Shown in pieces: positions 17,629 to 27,497 of a stretch of DNA of 64,000 nucleotides; position 1 is the first letter of the stretch; every line of letters begins with the position of its first letter. Under the pieces are notes generated by a model. It saw nothing but the letters and a program-made list of their open reading frames with translations. It ran no database searches and had not been told where the DNA came from. Where the stretch lies: positions 32,001-96,000 of IMG/VR virus record IMGVR_UViG_3300040759_000032; one strand, 5' to 3'. This stretch comes from a virus. Made by a program: the position numbers and the translations under genes.

Positions 17629-18521
17629 CAGGTAGCCCCCGTCATCTCGGTCACGCGCGGGAACTCCCGAACACGGAGATCTTCCGGCCAAGCGGCCATG
17701 TCGCCGCCCTTGGGGCCCGCGCCAAGCTGCTTGCCGAGGACAGATCCGAGCTGCTTGACGAAGACGGGCGTGCCGGTCTCGACGCACTCATCGACGAGGT
17801 TCCGCGCCCATCCCTCGGCCATGCGGCGCGCGCCCGGACCGCTCTCGCCGCCGACGATCACCCAGTCAAGCGCCGGGCCGGGCGTCTCCCACGGGCGCGA
17901 GAGGTTGACCCTCGGGCCGCCGCCGATCGGCGGGATCCACCGGCCGGGGAACAGGGTGACCGGGCCTAGCAGTGGCTCGGCGCTGACGAACCGGAGCGCC
18001 GCTGGCGTGGCCAGCAAAGCGGGAATGCGGAGGTCCGCCCAATGCGGGTCTTCGACGGAGACGCCGAGCCACAGGTTCGGCAGGGGCCAGTTCACGCGCC
18101 TCGCGGAATGGCCGTCCAGTGACCACACGAGCGCCTTGACGACCTCCGCGAACCTCGGGCCGTCCAGCAGGACTCGCATCCGCGCGTGCCGCTTCGTGAG
18201 CAACTGGTAGGTGTGCTGAGGCGTCACGGCCATGACCGCGAAGACCTGCGCGATGTAGTCGTCGGGCACGTCCGCGTGGAACAGGTCGCTCATGGAGTTG
18301 ACGAAGATCCGCCGAGGCCGCTTCCAGCGGATCGGGTCCTCAAGTTTCGCCGGGCGCAGCACCACGTCAAAGCCGCGCTCGAAGTAGTGGCCCGGCGTGC
18401 CCCTCCACCGCTCGGCGAAGGTGGACGCATAGCAATTGTCGCAGCCGTCGGAGACCTTCGCGCAGCCCGTAACAGGGTTCCACGTGGCGTCGGTCCACTC
18501 GATCTTGCTGTCGTCGCTCAC
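17628..18521 (-). CDS. DUF5131 / phage Gp37-Gp68 family (radical-SAM-like) protein
   Basis: SKIEWTDATWNPVTGCAKVSDGCDNCYA; IFVNSMSDLFH; WVIVGGESG. Confidence 0.92.
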   Translation of the reverse strand: MSDDSKIEWTDATWNPVTGCAKVSDGCDNCYASTFAERWRGTPGHYFERGFDVVLRPAKLEDPIRWKRPRRIFVNSMSDLFHADVPDDYIAQVFAVMAVTPQHTYQLLTKRHARMRVLLDGPRFAEVVKALVWSLDGHSARRVNWPLPNLWLGVSVEDPHWADLRIPALLATPAALRFVSAEPLLGPVTLFPGRWIPPIGGGPRVNLSRPWETPGPALDWVIVGGESGPGARRMAEGWARNLVDECVETGTPVFVKQLGSVLGKQLGAGPKGGDMAAWPEDLRVREFPRVTEMTGAT

Positions 18522-19045
18522 AATGCCGCCGCCCAGTCCGACGGGATCTCCGCCTGCCGCGAGGCGAACCACGGCGGGTCGGTCAGGTCCGGGTCTCCCG
18601 CCTCGTGCCGCTCCTCGCACCAGCACTCCCGGTGCCGCCAGTGCCGCCCGGCCTCCCGGTCGTCGTCCTCGAGCGCGAGCTCGCGCCCGGATCGGAGAGG
18701 GCGGTGCGTCATCTCTTCCACGGCTTCTCCAGCTCGCGGATGAACTTCCACCGGGCGTACCGGACCATCACCGCGAGCCGTGCCCGCTTCGGCAGGCTCC
18801 CCGCCCACGCCGCGAGCCTCCGCAGCCGGAGAAGCGCCAAGCCGATTCCCCCCAAGATCACAGCCGCCCCCAGTGGTCCCGTCGCCAGCAGCACCCTTAG
18901 CGCCCCGCTCAACGTCCATGCCGCTTCCTCGCCGTCTTCCGCACCCAGTCGATGCCGTCCTCGCCGCACAGCCCGGCCGCGACCCCGTAGAGCGCCACCC
19001 AGCCGGCCGCCGCCGCGATCGCACGCGCCTTCCGCCGCCGCCCGC

Positions 19046-19522
19046 TCACCAGTCGCCTCGCTCTGCCAGCGCCAGGTCGAACTCGGCCAGGACCGCGGTC
19101 CCGCCGAGGACGGAGTCCCAGATCGCCTGCATCGCCGCGTAGGCGTCGTGCTGGCCTCTCGCGACCTGCTCGAGAACGGGCTCGAGGGCGAGCAGCACCT
19201 TCGCGATCTCGTGGTCCCGCATGCCCGGCAGCGCAGACCGCAGCTGTCCCGCGAGGTCCTCGGCGAGCGTCTGCGTCCCGTCGCTCGCAACCCGGAGCCA
19301 CTCCGCGAGGACGCGCAGGCGGCACTCCTCGGGGATCGTGTAGGCCGGGCCCGCCCCTGTCGCGTCGGCGGCCGGGAGAGGGGCGCGCACGGGAAAGGGC
19401 TCCGGTTCCGGTTCCGGTTCCGGTTCCCGGCGGGGCTCCGGCCGGGGCGCGGGCTCCCGCACCAGGGCCGGCCACAGGGCGTCCGCCACCCACATCCGCC
19501 ACAGCCACAGCCGCGCCCTCAC
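19046..19522 (-). CDS. Hypothetical protein with EP repeat
   Basis: GTG start after SD; (GGAACC)n encodes EPEPEP. Confidence 0.5.
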   Translation of the reverse strand: MRARLWLWRMWVADALWPALVREPAPRPEPRREPEPEPEPEPFPVRAPLPAADATGAGPAYTIPEECRLRVLAEWLRVASDGTQTLAEDLAGQLRSALPGMRDHEIAKVLLALEPVLEQVARGQHDAYAAMQAIWDSVLGGTAVLAEFDLALAERGDW

Positions 19523-19715
19523 GTCCGCCTCCCCGTCCTTCTCCGCGCGGTCAGCTCCGCGTGCCGCTCCTGCGCCGCCAGGGCCTGCGTCCCGGCCTTG
19601 TCCGACCATGCGCGCCTCAGCGTGACGAGGTCGTGCAGTTCCCCGCCGTCCAGCGGCTCGCCGTCCCCCGGCACCCGCAGGGGCCGGGCCCAGGCCGCGA
19701 GCATCCTCAGCCGCC

Positions 19716-20045
19716 TCACGACTCGCCTCCGTGGCCGTGGTCGTGCGCCTGCCAGGCAGCCGCAGCGTGGGCGGCGGAGGCGTGCGCCAGCATGAAGCCC
19801 CGCAGCGCGTCGCATCCCGTGCCGGTGATCACGACCCGCCCGCCCTCCTCGAGCACCAGCAGGACATGAGCCTCGATGTCAGCCGGGGCGACCCCTGTGA
19901 GGCTCCCGACGGCGACCCGCTTCTCGAGGAGCGTCTCGGGCGGCGGCGGCGTCCTGCGGCGCTTGAGAAACCGCTTCACCCATCCGCGCAGGCACATGAG
20001 CGCCATCAGCGCCGCCAGCGACGCCACGGGCAGCCACGCGATCAC
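19716..20045 (-). CDS. Membrane-anchored hypothetical protein
   Basis: N-terminal hydrophobic segment. Confidence 0.55.
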   Translation of the reverse strand: MIAWLPVASLAALMALMCLRGWVKRFLKRRRTPPPPETLLEKRVAVGSLTGVAPADIEAHVLLVLEEGGRVVITGTGCDALRGFMLAHASAAHAAAAWQAHDHGHGGES

Positions 20046-20539
20046 GCCGCAGCCTCCTCACCGGGAGAGGCGAACGACCACTTGCCGTCATCCGTCGGCC
20101 ACGCCGTGAACCCCGAGCCGGGCGAGGTGAAGACCATCACCGGGATGAGCGCCGGATCGCGGTAGGACCGGACCGTGTACCCCTTCGCCTCGTCCGACGG
20201 ATCGCGGCGGGAGTCGATTCGCTCATGGCAGCCGGTCGTCCCGGTGCCAAGGACCGTGATGAGGTTCGACGGGGAGTTGTCCCCGCCCTGGCTCCGGCGC
20301 TTGCGATGCTGGAGGCTGTAGGGCTGACCGACGACGGAGCGGCCGCAGCAGACGCAGGCGTGGCCATCGCGATCGAGGACGAGCTTCCGCACCGCCGGTG
20401 ACGGCCCGGTGTCGCGGGCGGCCTTGCGCTTGCGCGCGGTGCGCTCGATGGAACTGCCCCGGGCGAGCCCCGCAGTCCGCTTCAACGGGCTGACCGTCTT
20501 CAGCGGCTTCCCGCGCCGCAGCGGCTGGCCGCGCTTCAC
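20042..20539 (-). CDS. HNH-like endonuclease
   Basis: VLDRDGHACVCCG...QHRKRRSQGG...NLITVLG...GCH. Confidence 0.75.
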   Translation of the reverse strand: MKRGQPLRRGKPLKTVSPLKRTAGLARGSSIERTARKRKAARDTGPSPAVRKLVLDRDGHACVCCGRSVVGQPYSLQHRKRRSQGGDNSPSNLITVLGTGTTGCHERIDSRRDPSDEAKGYTVRSYRDPALIPVMVFTSPGSGFTAWPTDDGKWSFASPGEEAAA

Positions 20540-20793
20540 CGGGCACCCCCGGCAGGACGGCGAGACAGGTCGCGGGGATCGGTCCCCGCCCCGGCCAGGT
20601 CGATCACCTGGACCGGGGTCGTCTCCGGGTTCATGCCGCCCGCCTTGAGCATGCACGCGAAGCACCTCCCGGACGTGGCGCTCTCCGGTATGCCGCCGCC
20701 GGCACCCCCGAAGTAGTCCGCCTCCGGCGTGCAGGTGTACGTGCGCTTGCAGTCCCGGCAGGTGACCTGCTGCCAGGCGGCGTTGAAGGTCAT
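20536..20793 (-). CDS. Small Cys-containing protein
   Basis: CRDCKR...CFAC. Confidence 0.55.
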   Translation of the reverse strand: MTFNAAWQQVTCRDCKRTYTCTPEADYFGGAGGGIPESATSGRCFACMLKAGGMNPETTPVQVIDLAGAGTDPRDLSRRPAGGAR

Positions 20794-21842
20794 GACGCCA
20801 CCGCCGAATGCGGCGGGAGCTGCCGCCACCAGTACGCCAGGTAAGCCCGCAGCACCCCGCTCTTCCCTGCCCGGTCTTCGGCCCAGTGGTCGATTACCCC
20901 GGCCTCGGTCGCGTCTTTCACCAGTTCCTCCACGTCCTCCCGGGTGACGCTGGAGTCGGCGAGGTCCGCGAAGTACTGGGCGGTCAGCCCGGCCATGGAC
21001 GGGCCGGTCGGCTTCGCCGGCGGGGCCTCGATCGCTCGGGCCTCCGCCCGCCCGGCCTCGATCGCCTGCGCCCCCGCGGTGCCGCGCTGAAGCTGCGCCA
21101 CGAGCCCGCCCGGCCCCGGGGGAAGCTGGCCTTTCGCCAACTCCTCCACGCTCAGCCCGATCTGGAGCATCGGCACGGGGTACGGGGAGCCGTCCTCGGC
21201 CCGGTACCGCCACTGGATGTAGAGGATCGCAGGGAGGTACGCCCCGCCTTCGCGCGCCATGACCATCGCGTCGCCCGCCCCGGAGGTCTCCACCGCGGCG
21301 TTCTCGCTGCCGGTGTTGAGCCGCCACACCCCGGTCAGGCCAGGGAGTTCGGGGATCGTGACGTTGATCCTGGTGAGCGGCTTGCACGCCTGCGGATGCT
21401 GGAGCTTGGCCAGCTTCTTCCGCTCCTCGCGGGCCCGCTGCACGGACGCCGGGTCATCAGGGTCGGCCGCGCGGGGGCACATGCACGGCTTCCCGGAGAT
21501 CGACTCGATGATCCCGTCGCAGTGCCTGAGCCGCTTGGGGCCGTCCCACAGCTCCATGTTCGCGTCCACCGCGAGCTCGCGCGGGGGCACCCAGACGTCG
21601 AGCGCCTTGCGGTCGGTGGTGACCTCCCAGCGGCCCTTGCGCTGCGACCACGGGGCGACCTCGCCGCCGTAGTGCGCGGCGACCTGTCGGGCGTTGTGCT
21701 CGGAGGCGGTCGTGAAGCGGAACGTCTCGAGGCGGACCGGCTTGCGGTAGTCCTTGCCCGGCACCTGCACGGAGGTCCCGATGCGGATCTCGCCGAGCGG
21801 TGCGTCGCGGCGCTGGAGGTCGAGGATCCCGTTGATCGGCAT
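20790..21842 (-). CDS. phiC31 gp3-like recombination directionality/replication protein
   Basis: ILDLQRR...GEIRIG...LETFRFTT...HYGGEVAPW...RHCDG...CKPLTRINV...GVWRLNTGSENAA. Confidence 0.75.
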   Translation of the reverse strand: MPINGILDLQRRDAPLGEIRIGTSVQVPGKDYRKPVRLETFRFTTASEHNARQVAAHYGGEVAPWSQRKGRWEVTTDRKALDVWVPPRELAVDANMELWDGPKRLRHCDGIIESISGKPCMCPRAADPDDPASVQRAREERKKLAKLQHPQACKPLTRINVTIPELPGLTGVWRLNTGSENAAVETSGAGDAMVMAREGGAYLPAILYIQWRYRAEDGSPYPVPMLQIGLSVEELAKGQLPPGPGGLVAQLQRGTAGAQAIEAGRAEARAIEAPPAKPTGPSMAGLTAQYFADLADSSVTREDVEELVKDATEAGVIDHWAEDRAGKSGVLRAYLAYWWRQLPPHSAVAS

Positions 21843-23077
21843 AACGCGGCCTCCCATCCTGTGACGGCGCCGGCGGGGACTGCCTGCAGGGCCGCTCGCA
21901 CGTCGTCGCCCTTGAGGGCGAGATGGTGGTCGGCGAGCATCTCGCGGACCGTCTCGATGAGCTTCGGGCCGATGCCGATCCTGGCCTTGAGGAGCTCCGC
22001 CGCGCTGAACTCGGCGACCGCCGCCAGCTCCGCGTCCGCGCCGAGCGCCTTCCGCAGCGGTGACAGGGCGCGCCCGTAGCCCTCGCCCGCGAGGTCGCAC
22101 AGGCGCGGGCCGGGCATGGTGCCGTCCGCCCGCAGCGGCCGGACCGCCGGGCCGGGCTTGGCCTTGACGTCCTGCCGTTCCCGGTAGACGCTGGCGGCCT
22201 TCCGGAACCGCCGCCACGCCAGCTCATCGTCCCCTGCGGACACCAGCATCAGGAGGTAGCCGCCCGGGTAGTCGGGGCGCAGGTGGAGGACCATCCCGCA
22301 GTCCGTCTCGATCATCGGGCGGACGTCGCCGAGAGTCGGCGCGCACTCCGGGGCGCGACGGTACGCGGACAGCTGCTCCTTCCACGTTCCCTCCGGCTCC
22401 TTGCCGGTCTTCGTGTCGATGCAGATCCGCAGCACCGCGCCGGGCCGGGCGACAATCTCATCGGCCCCGCGCGGCCCGGTGCCGCGGCTGATCGCGTAGC
22501 CGCGCAGCTCGACGATCATGTCGAGGGTGCCCGCGTAGCCGAGCGGCTGGTTGTAGACCGTCATCTCGGTGGCGAGGAAGCGGGGGCTGAAGTCGGAGAC
22601 GAACCGGATGAACCCGTCGACCATCCAGTCGACGACTGTGGCCAGCTTCTCGGATTTCCCGCCGCCCAGGTCGTACTCCGCCCCCTCGAGGTGCTCGGGC
22701 AGGAGGGGGATGCTGATGGTCGAGCCTTCGCCGTCGCGGGACGCCGCCCACAGGATGAGTGCCTGCTGGACGTCGTGGACCCAGACGCCGGCCTCGCTCT
22801 TGAGGTCCCGCTTGCGCTCCGCCTCGCCCGCCGCCAGCCTGACCGCCGCGTCGCGGCCCTCGAGCCGCTTCGCCCGGGCCAGCGCGCCGAGGTTGTCGAC
22901 GGCCCACTTCGAAGCCGTGCTCCCGTACCAGGCCTTCAGCCACGGCTTGGAGTCGGTGCCGCTGATCAGCGTGGTCACCGAGTCGAGCAGCTCGTTCGTC
23001 GGCGGGTAGGTGTAGTAGCGGGACCCGTCGGCGTTCGTCACCGAGACGGGCCGGGCCTCTTCCATAACTGCGGTCAT
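21335..23077 (-). CDS. PD-(D/E)xK exonuclease with C-terminal HhH/alpha-CTD-like domain; natural stop probably at 21842
   Basis: DSVTTLI..K, GVWVH, TEMTVYN..GYAGTLD, IDTKTG, EQLSAY. Confidence 0.8.
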   Translation of the reverse strand: MTAVMEEARPVSVTNADGSRYYTYPPTNELLDSVTTLISGTDSKPWLKAWYGSTASKWAVDNLGALARAKRLEGRDAAVRLAAGEAERKRDLKSEAGVWVHDVQQALILWAASRDGEGSTISIPLLPEHLEGAEYDLGGGKSEKLATVVDWMVDGFIRFVSDFSPRFLATEMTVYNQPLGYAGTLDMIVELRGYAISRGTGPRGADEIVARPGAVLRICIDTKTGKEPEGTWKEQLSAYRRAPECAPTLGDVRPMIETDCGMVLHLRPDYPGGYLLMLVSAGDDELAWRRFRKAASVYRERQDVKAKPGPAVRPLRADGTMPGPRLCDLAGEGYGRALSPLRKALGADAELAAVAEFSAAELLKARIGIGPKLIETVREMLADHHLALKGDDVRAALQAVPAGAVTGWEAALCRSTGSSTSSAATHRSARSASGPPCRCRARTTASRSASRRSASRPPPSTTPDRSPRTTAARSPRGRSARAAGRSPPTARRSTSGCPRASSRWTRTWSCGTAPSGSGTATGSSSRSPGSRACAPARPTLMTRRPCSGPARSGRSWPSSSIRRRASRSPGSTSRSPNSLA

Positions 23078-23412
23078 GCCGTCACCCCAGCAACTGCGTT
23101 CTCAACGTTTTCGGTGCCGCTTTTCGCGGCGGGTGCGGACATGGCGGCGATGAGCGCGCCTGCCGCGGTCTCGACCCTCTCGGCGGCGGCGATGAGCTTC
23201 GCCTCGTCCGGGTCCGTCTCGTCCCTGAAGAGCGGGAGTCCCGCTTCCCAGAGCATCGCGGCGGGGTCGAGCGCCTTGTAGTCGTCGAGGGCGTGGGCGA
23301 GATCGAGGATCTGCCTGCCGAGCGCCGCGCGGCGGGGCAGTCCCATCGCCTCGTGCAGGGCGGCGTGGGCCTCCCGTACCGTCTCGGCCAGGGTGCGGGT
23401 CGCGGCGCTCAC
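23074..23412 (-). CDS. Hypothetical protein
   Basis: Coupled ORF. Confidence 0.55.
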   Translation of the reverse strand: MSAATRTLAETVREAHAALHEAMGLPRRAALGRQILDLAHALDDYKALDPAAMLWEAGLPLFRDETDPDEAKLIAAAERVETAAGALIAAMSAPAAKSGTENVENAVAGVTA

Positions 23413-24155
23413 AGGTCGCCGCCAGGGTGGCCGAGGGCGAGCGCGGTGTCGGCGGCGTCGCGGATCCGCTTCTCCTGCGCGGCCAGCTCGTCGGCCATGC
23501 GGGCGACCTCGGCGCGCGCCGTCTCCGCCGCCGTGGCGATCCCCTCCGCGGTCTGCCGCGCCCACCCGGCGGTGGACCAGCGGACATGACGGCCGACGGG
23601 CCTGATCTCGTCCAGCCCGCACCAGTTGACCGGGAGGCCTTCCCGCCGGCCCATCTCGCGAGCCGTCTGCCGGAACAGGGGCAGCCCGCCGCTGCGGGGC
23701 TTGCGGACGTCGGCGGTGAACCTCGCGGCCCGCGCCCGGTAGTCGGGGGCAGGTCGCGCGCCGGGGACGGGGATGGCCTCCAGTCCGTGCAGGAGCCGCG
23801 TGTACTGGTCAGTGGTCTCCGGGACATGCCACCGCGGAGGGATGGCCGGGTACGGCCCCGGCGCGGGAGGCTCGGCGGCCGGGGTGAACGACGGGGCCGG
23901 GGGCTCCTCAACGGGAAGGGCGTCCACCACCTCCCGGACAGCGGCGAACGGCGCGGTCAGGTACGGTTTCCCCGTGGTCGGCAGGGGGCTCCCGTCCGAC
24001 ATGACGACGCCGGGGCGTCCGCCGGCGAACGACGGCACCGGGATCGGGCGGTGAACCGGGTGATCCGGGGGCAGCGTGGCCAGCGCCTCCGTGAGCGCCG
24101 CCTCGCTGAGATGCCTCGGGGCGCGGCGGCGGGGCAGGAACCGGAGGCCGCTCAC
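23409..24155 (-). CDS. Pro-rich hypothetical protein
   Basis: GTGA coupling. Confidence 0.5.
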   Translation of the reverse strand: MSGLRFLPRRRAPRHLSEAALTEALATLPPDHPVHRPIPVPSFAGGRPGVVMSDGSPLPTTGKPYLTAPFAAVREVVDALPVEEPPAPSFTPAAEPPAPGPYPAIPPRWHVPETTDQYTRLLHGLEAIPVPGARPAPDYRARAARFTADVRKPRSGGLPLFRQTAREMGRREGLPVNWCGLDEIRPVGRHVRWSTAGWARQTAEGIATAAETARAEVARMADELAAQEKRIRDAADTALALGHPGGDL

Positions 24156-24520
24156 GAGGTCGCCCCGCTTCCCGCGGTCGACGAGCGGAGGGCGGCCGCG
24201 CGGGCCTTGAGGTCGGCGAACCCCCGGTCGGGGCGCGCGACGCTCGCGGTGAGCTTCACCGCGCCGAACGGCTTCTCGGCCTTCTGCCCGCCCATGCCGT
24301 CGGGAAGGACCCTGACCCGCCATGCCGCCGCGACCCGCGTCAGCCAGGCGAGCTTGCCCTCGTAGTGGAGCCCGTCCGGGACGGGGATCTGGATCGTCAC
24401 CTTCTCCGGGACGCCCACAGGATCAGCGGTGGTGACGAAGTCGATCAGGCGGTGCAAGTCGGCCAGGAGGGCGGCGCGACTGCGCCCGGCCCCTTCGGCC
24501 TCATCAGTGATAGCGGTCAT
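24152..24520 (-). CDS. Hypothetical protein
   Basis: ATG start, codon bias. Confidence 0.6.
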   Translation of the reverse strand: MTAITDEAEGAGRSRAALLADLHRLIDFVTTADPVGVPEKVTIQIPVPDGLHYEGKLAWLTRVAAAWRVRVLPDGMGGQKAEKPFGAVKLTASVARPDRGFADLKARAAALRSSTAGSGATS

Positions 24521-24642
24521 TCCGTCTCGCTCCGATCATCCGGGTTATCGTTGTGTCTCCGGATCGCTCCGGTCCGGGTCCGCCGGTGACGTCGGCGGCC
24601 CCTGGGGTCCCCCCGTCCTCGCGGGCGGGGGGCTTCAAATCT

Positions 24643-25107
24643 CTAGGCGGCCTTCGCCGCGATCTCGGCTAGCGCGTCGGCCACGGTCCCGCCCCCCGCG
24701 AGCAATGGCCGGACCTGTTTGTAGAAGGCCGTGAAGTCCCTCTGCCGCCGGTCGGCGGAGGTCCTCGCGTTCCTCGTCTGCGCGAGCAGCATGGACTTCG
24801 CGTGCTCAAGGTCGGCCGCGGTCATGTCGAGGGTTGCCGTGTACCGGCCGACGCTGGTGAGCATCGCGGGGGGGACGCCGGGGAACAGGGCGGCCTGGAA
24901 CAGGTCGCCGCTGGAGCGGTTGGCCTTGACCCAGTAGCCGACCTGGGAGGCGGCGAGGACGGCGGCCATCTCGTCGAGGAACTCCGGCCGGGCGAGGATC
25001 GCGGCCTTGACGGCCTCCGCGGCCTCGGCCTGCTGCCGGTCGCCGGCCAGGACCTGCGCGCCGTGGTCGGCGACGGCGGCCTTGAGCCACTCGGGGGGCT
25101 TCCTCAT
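24643..25107 (-). CDS. Hypothetical protein
   Basis: SD GGAGG, strong codon bias. Confidence 0.65.
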   Translation of the reverse strand: MRKPPEWLKAAVADHGAQVLAGDRQQAEAAEAVKAAILARPEFLDEMAAVLAASQVGYWVKANRSSGDLFQAALFPGVPPAMLTSVGRYTATLDMTAADLEHAKSMLLAQTRNARTSADRRQRDFTAFYKQVRPLLAGGGTVADALAEIAAKAA

Positions 25108-25328
25108 GCTGTCCTCCGGAGGGGGATGACGTTGGGGTCGGTCACGGGGGCCGCGACGCGGCAGTTCCGGCCGCAGCCCTTGCAGCGGGTCGTCTTCGCG
25201 CTGTCGCGGGCCTCCTGCCGGTGACCGCACCGCCCGCACTCGACGGTCACGTAGGTGACCACCTCGTGGTACTCGACGGTGCGGGCGCTGTTCGGGACGA
25301 CGGAGTCCCGGACCGGGGGGCGGGTCAC
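25104..25328 (-). CDS. Small Zn-ribbon protein
   Basis: CGRCG...CKGCG. Confidence 0.6.
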   Translation of the reverse strand: MTRPPVRDSVVPNSARTVEYHEVVTYVTVECGRCGHRQEARDSAKTTRCKGCGRNCRVAAPVTDPNVIPLRRTA

Positions 25329-25636
25329 GCCGACTTCCTGTAGGGAGCGGGCTGGCCCCAGTGCGTGAACGCAGTCAAGGGATCCATAACGCCGCCGCTC
25401 CCTGCGGCTCGGCAGGGGGCCTCGGCGTCCTCGTCTGCGAGCAGGTCCTCTGGTGCCGTGTCGGGCAGCTCCCTGGCGATCCGGACGATGACCTCGAAGC
25501 TGACGAACCGCTGGCCGCCGGACTCGATGTTGGCGAGGGTCTTGTACTTCACGCCGGCGAGCTCGGCGAACGGCGCGAGTTTCACCCCGAGCCGCCGGCG
25601 TCTCTCGCGGATCTCTGATCCCTTGACTGCTGGCAT
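25325..25636 (-). CDS. Cro-like XRE HTH, first gene of the early operon (leaderless)
   Basis: IRERRRRLGVKLAPFAELAGVKYKTLANIESG; TATTGT-N7-ATG. Confidence 0.8.
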   Translation of the reverse strand: MPAVKGSEIRERRRRLGVKLAPFAELAGVKYKTLANIESGGQRFVSFEVIVRIARELPDTAPEDLLADEDAEAPCRAAGSGGVMDPLTAFTHWGQPAPYRKSA

Positions 25637-25824
25637 GCACGAAACAATAGGAAGCAAGAGGAAGGTATGTCAAGTCATCGGAAGTGATTGACCGGATCGT
25701 GACCCTGTGGCCTAATCAATGGGAACCCACAGGAACGAAGCGGAAACAACATTGCTGCCACCGGAGGCACGTCAAGCTGACCCCGCATTTGATTCCTACA
25801 ATTTCCTAGTGCATGGTTGTGGCC
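25637..25824. promoter_or_regulatory. Lysis/lysogeny switch: divergent promoters with GGAA-containing repeats
   Basis: AT-rich gap between divergent XRE genes; TTGACA on minus strand (~25667-25672); AGGAAG/GGAA repeats at ~10-nt spacing. Confidence 0.65.
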
Positions 25825-26502
25825 ATGAATCAGCCTCACGAGGACCTGGCGCGCCTCGCCAGTTACGTCGTAGGCGCGCGCATCAAGGCGGGCTTCGCCA
25901 CCCGCAAGGACTTCGCCGCCGCGACGGGCATCACGGCGCGCACCCTCGGCAAGCTGGAGACTGCCGCAGGGCGCGTCTCCGCCGATACCCTTGCCCGCGT
26001 CACCGGGGTGCTCGGGTGGACTCCCGACTCCCCGGCGCTCGTGATGGCCGGGCGGGAGCCCGTCCCGGCCGGCGGCCGGCCGGAGCCGCCATCGCCGCCG
26101 CCGAGGCTCTCCGTCGCCCCGAGCCTCCCTCCCGCCGGGAGGCTCGGGGAATGGCTCACGAGCCTCCCCGACGAGGACATCGTGCGGGTGGTCGCCCACG
26201 ACCCGCTGCTCCGCCAGGTCTGGAACCTGGAGGACGGCACGGGGAAGCCGGCGGACCGGGCGCAGAGGATCGCGATGCTCGTCGTGGTCCTGACGCCGGT
26301 CGACCCGCTGGCCGCCGGGGTCGCGGAGAGGCACGAGGGAAGCGCGGGGTTAGGGCGCGCCGAAATCCCGCATATGAAGGAAATAGTAAAGATCCGGTCA
26401 CCCTCTGTCGTGCTCGTTAATAAGTCGTTAACCTCAGAAATGCCGCCCGTAGCAGGGCGCACGGCGCGCAAGCCGCGTCGCGCCCATTCACAGGAGGAAT
26501 GA
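25825..26502 (+). CDS. CI-like immunity repressor (XRE HTH)
   Basis: ARIKAGFATRKDFAAATGITARTLGKLET; divergent from Cro-like gene. Confidence 0.75.
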   Translation: MNQPHEDLARLASYVVGARIKAGFATRKDFAAATGITARTLGKLETAAGRVSADTLARVTGVLGWTPDSPALVMAGREPVPAGGRPEPPSPPPRLSVAPSLPPAGRLGEWLTSLPDEDIVRVVAHDPLLRQVWNLEDGTGKPADRAQRIAMLVVVLTPVDPLAAGVAERHEGSAGLGRAEIPHMKEIVKIRSPSVVLVNKSLTSEMPPVAGRTARKPRRAHSQEE

Positions 26503-26558
26503 AAGGCACCGCCCTCCCGCCCCCCCGGCGGGAGGAAGCAGGGGGGGAACACCAGAGC

Positions 26559-26858
26559 ATGAACGATCCGATTGCGCGCGCCCCCGAGGCCGCGATGCTG
26601 GACCTCACCGCCCGCGCGCTGACGGCCGTCGAGGCGCTGATCGCGCTCCTCGGCCAGCGGGGCCCGGCGACGGAGATCACCCTCGCGACGATGGCGGCCC
26701 TCGAGCTCGCCGCCCCGCTCGGCAATGTCCGCCTCAGCGCCGAGCTGCTCGCCGGCTACGGCCGCCGGCGATGGCAGGAGGGATTCAGGGCCTGCGAGCA
26801 GGCGAGGGCCGCCGGGGAGGAGGCGAAGGCGGGACCGCGCCTGGTCTCCTCCCGTTAA
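26559..26858 (+). CDS. Hypothetical protein
   Basis: ORF with codon bias; start uncertain (26499 or 26559). Confidence 0.5.
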   Translation: MNDPIARAPEAAMLDLTARALTAVEALIALLGQRGPATEITLATMAALELAAPLGNVRLSAELLAGYGRRRWQEGFRACEQARAAGEEAKAGPRLVSSR

Positions 26859-27023
26859 CGGGCCGGCGACGCTCCGGTAAAGGGCGCGCCGGCTCCCAGC
26901 AGGGGCGCCCCCTCCCGGACGGCAGCCCCTTCCCGTCGCCGGAGGCGTCCAGCCGGCACGTCCAGGCCGCGCCGCCCGGCCCGGCCATCTCGCCGCGCTC
27001 GGCGATGGGCTCGGATATCAGGA

Positions 27024-27497
27024 TCACCTCGACGAGCAGCCTGGCCGACGACTCCGCCGCGCTGTGCCCCTGCGCGACCGGCGGCAGGTCGTCCCGTCCC
27101 GGCCGCACCACCCAGTCAAATCCGATGTCCGGCACCTCACGCCCCCTCCGACGTCCATCCTGGCGCTTTCCGGGCGCCCCGCGCGGCGCAATTCCGCGTA
27201 ACGCCATTGCGACGGTAACTGCGACGCCCCGGCCGCCGCCGGGCCGGCGATCGGCACCCACCGCACCCGGCCCCCGGCCCCGACTCTCGCCCGCCACCTG
27301 TTCCCGGTCCGGCGGTAGCCGGACGTGAGCGTGCGCATCCCGAGCTCCGCGACGACCTCATCGACGACAGCCTCGGCCGCCGCGCCGCTCCGCAGGCGGG
27401 CCGCCGCCGACCGCCGGGCCGCCCGCGGGTCGTCGCTTATCCCCCGCGCGCCGGAGGCCGGCCCGTCGGCCTGCCACTGAAACGCGACGGCGCTCAC
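27024..27497 (-). CDS. Hypothetical protein
   Basis: GTGA coupling. Confidence 0.45.
   Translation of the reverse strand: MSAVAFQWQADGPASGARGISDDPRAARRSAAARLRSGAAAEAVVDEVVAELGMRTLTSGYRRTGNRWRARVGAGGRVRWVPIAGPAAAGASQLPSQWRYAELRRAGRPESARMDVGGGVRCRTSDLTGWCGRDGTTCRRSRRGTARRSRRPGCSSR

Noticed and set aside
17628-18521. DUF5131 protein as the maturase for the FxSxx peptide
   Set aside because: Common phage family, 13 kb away in a different operon, and lacks the FxsB/SPASM features.
19403-19430. (GGTTCC)n microsatellite as a phase-variation or CRISPR-like repeat
   Set aside because: In-frame hexamer encoding an EP linker; no spacers and no cas genes.
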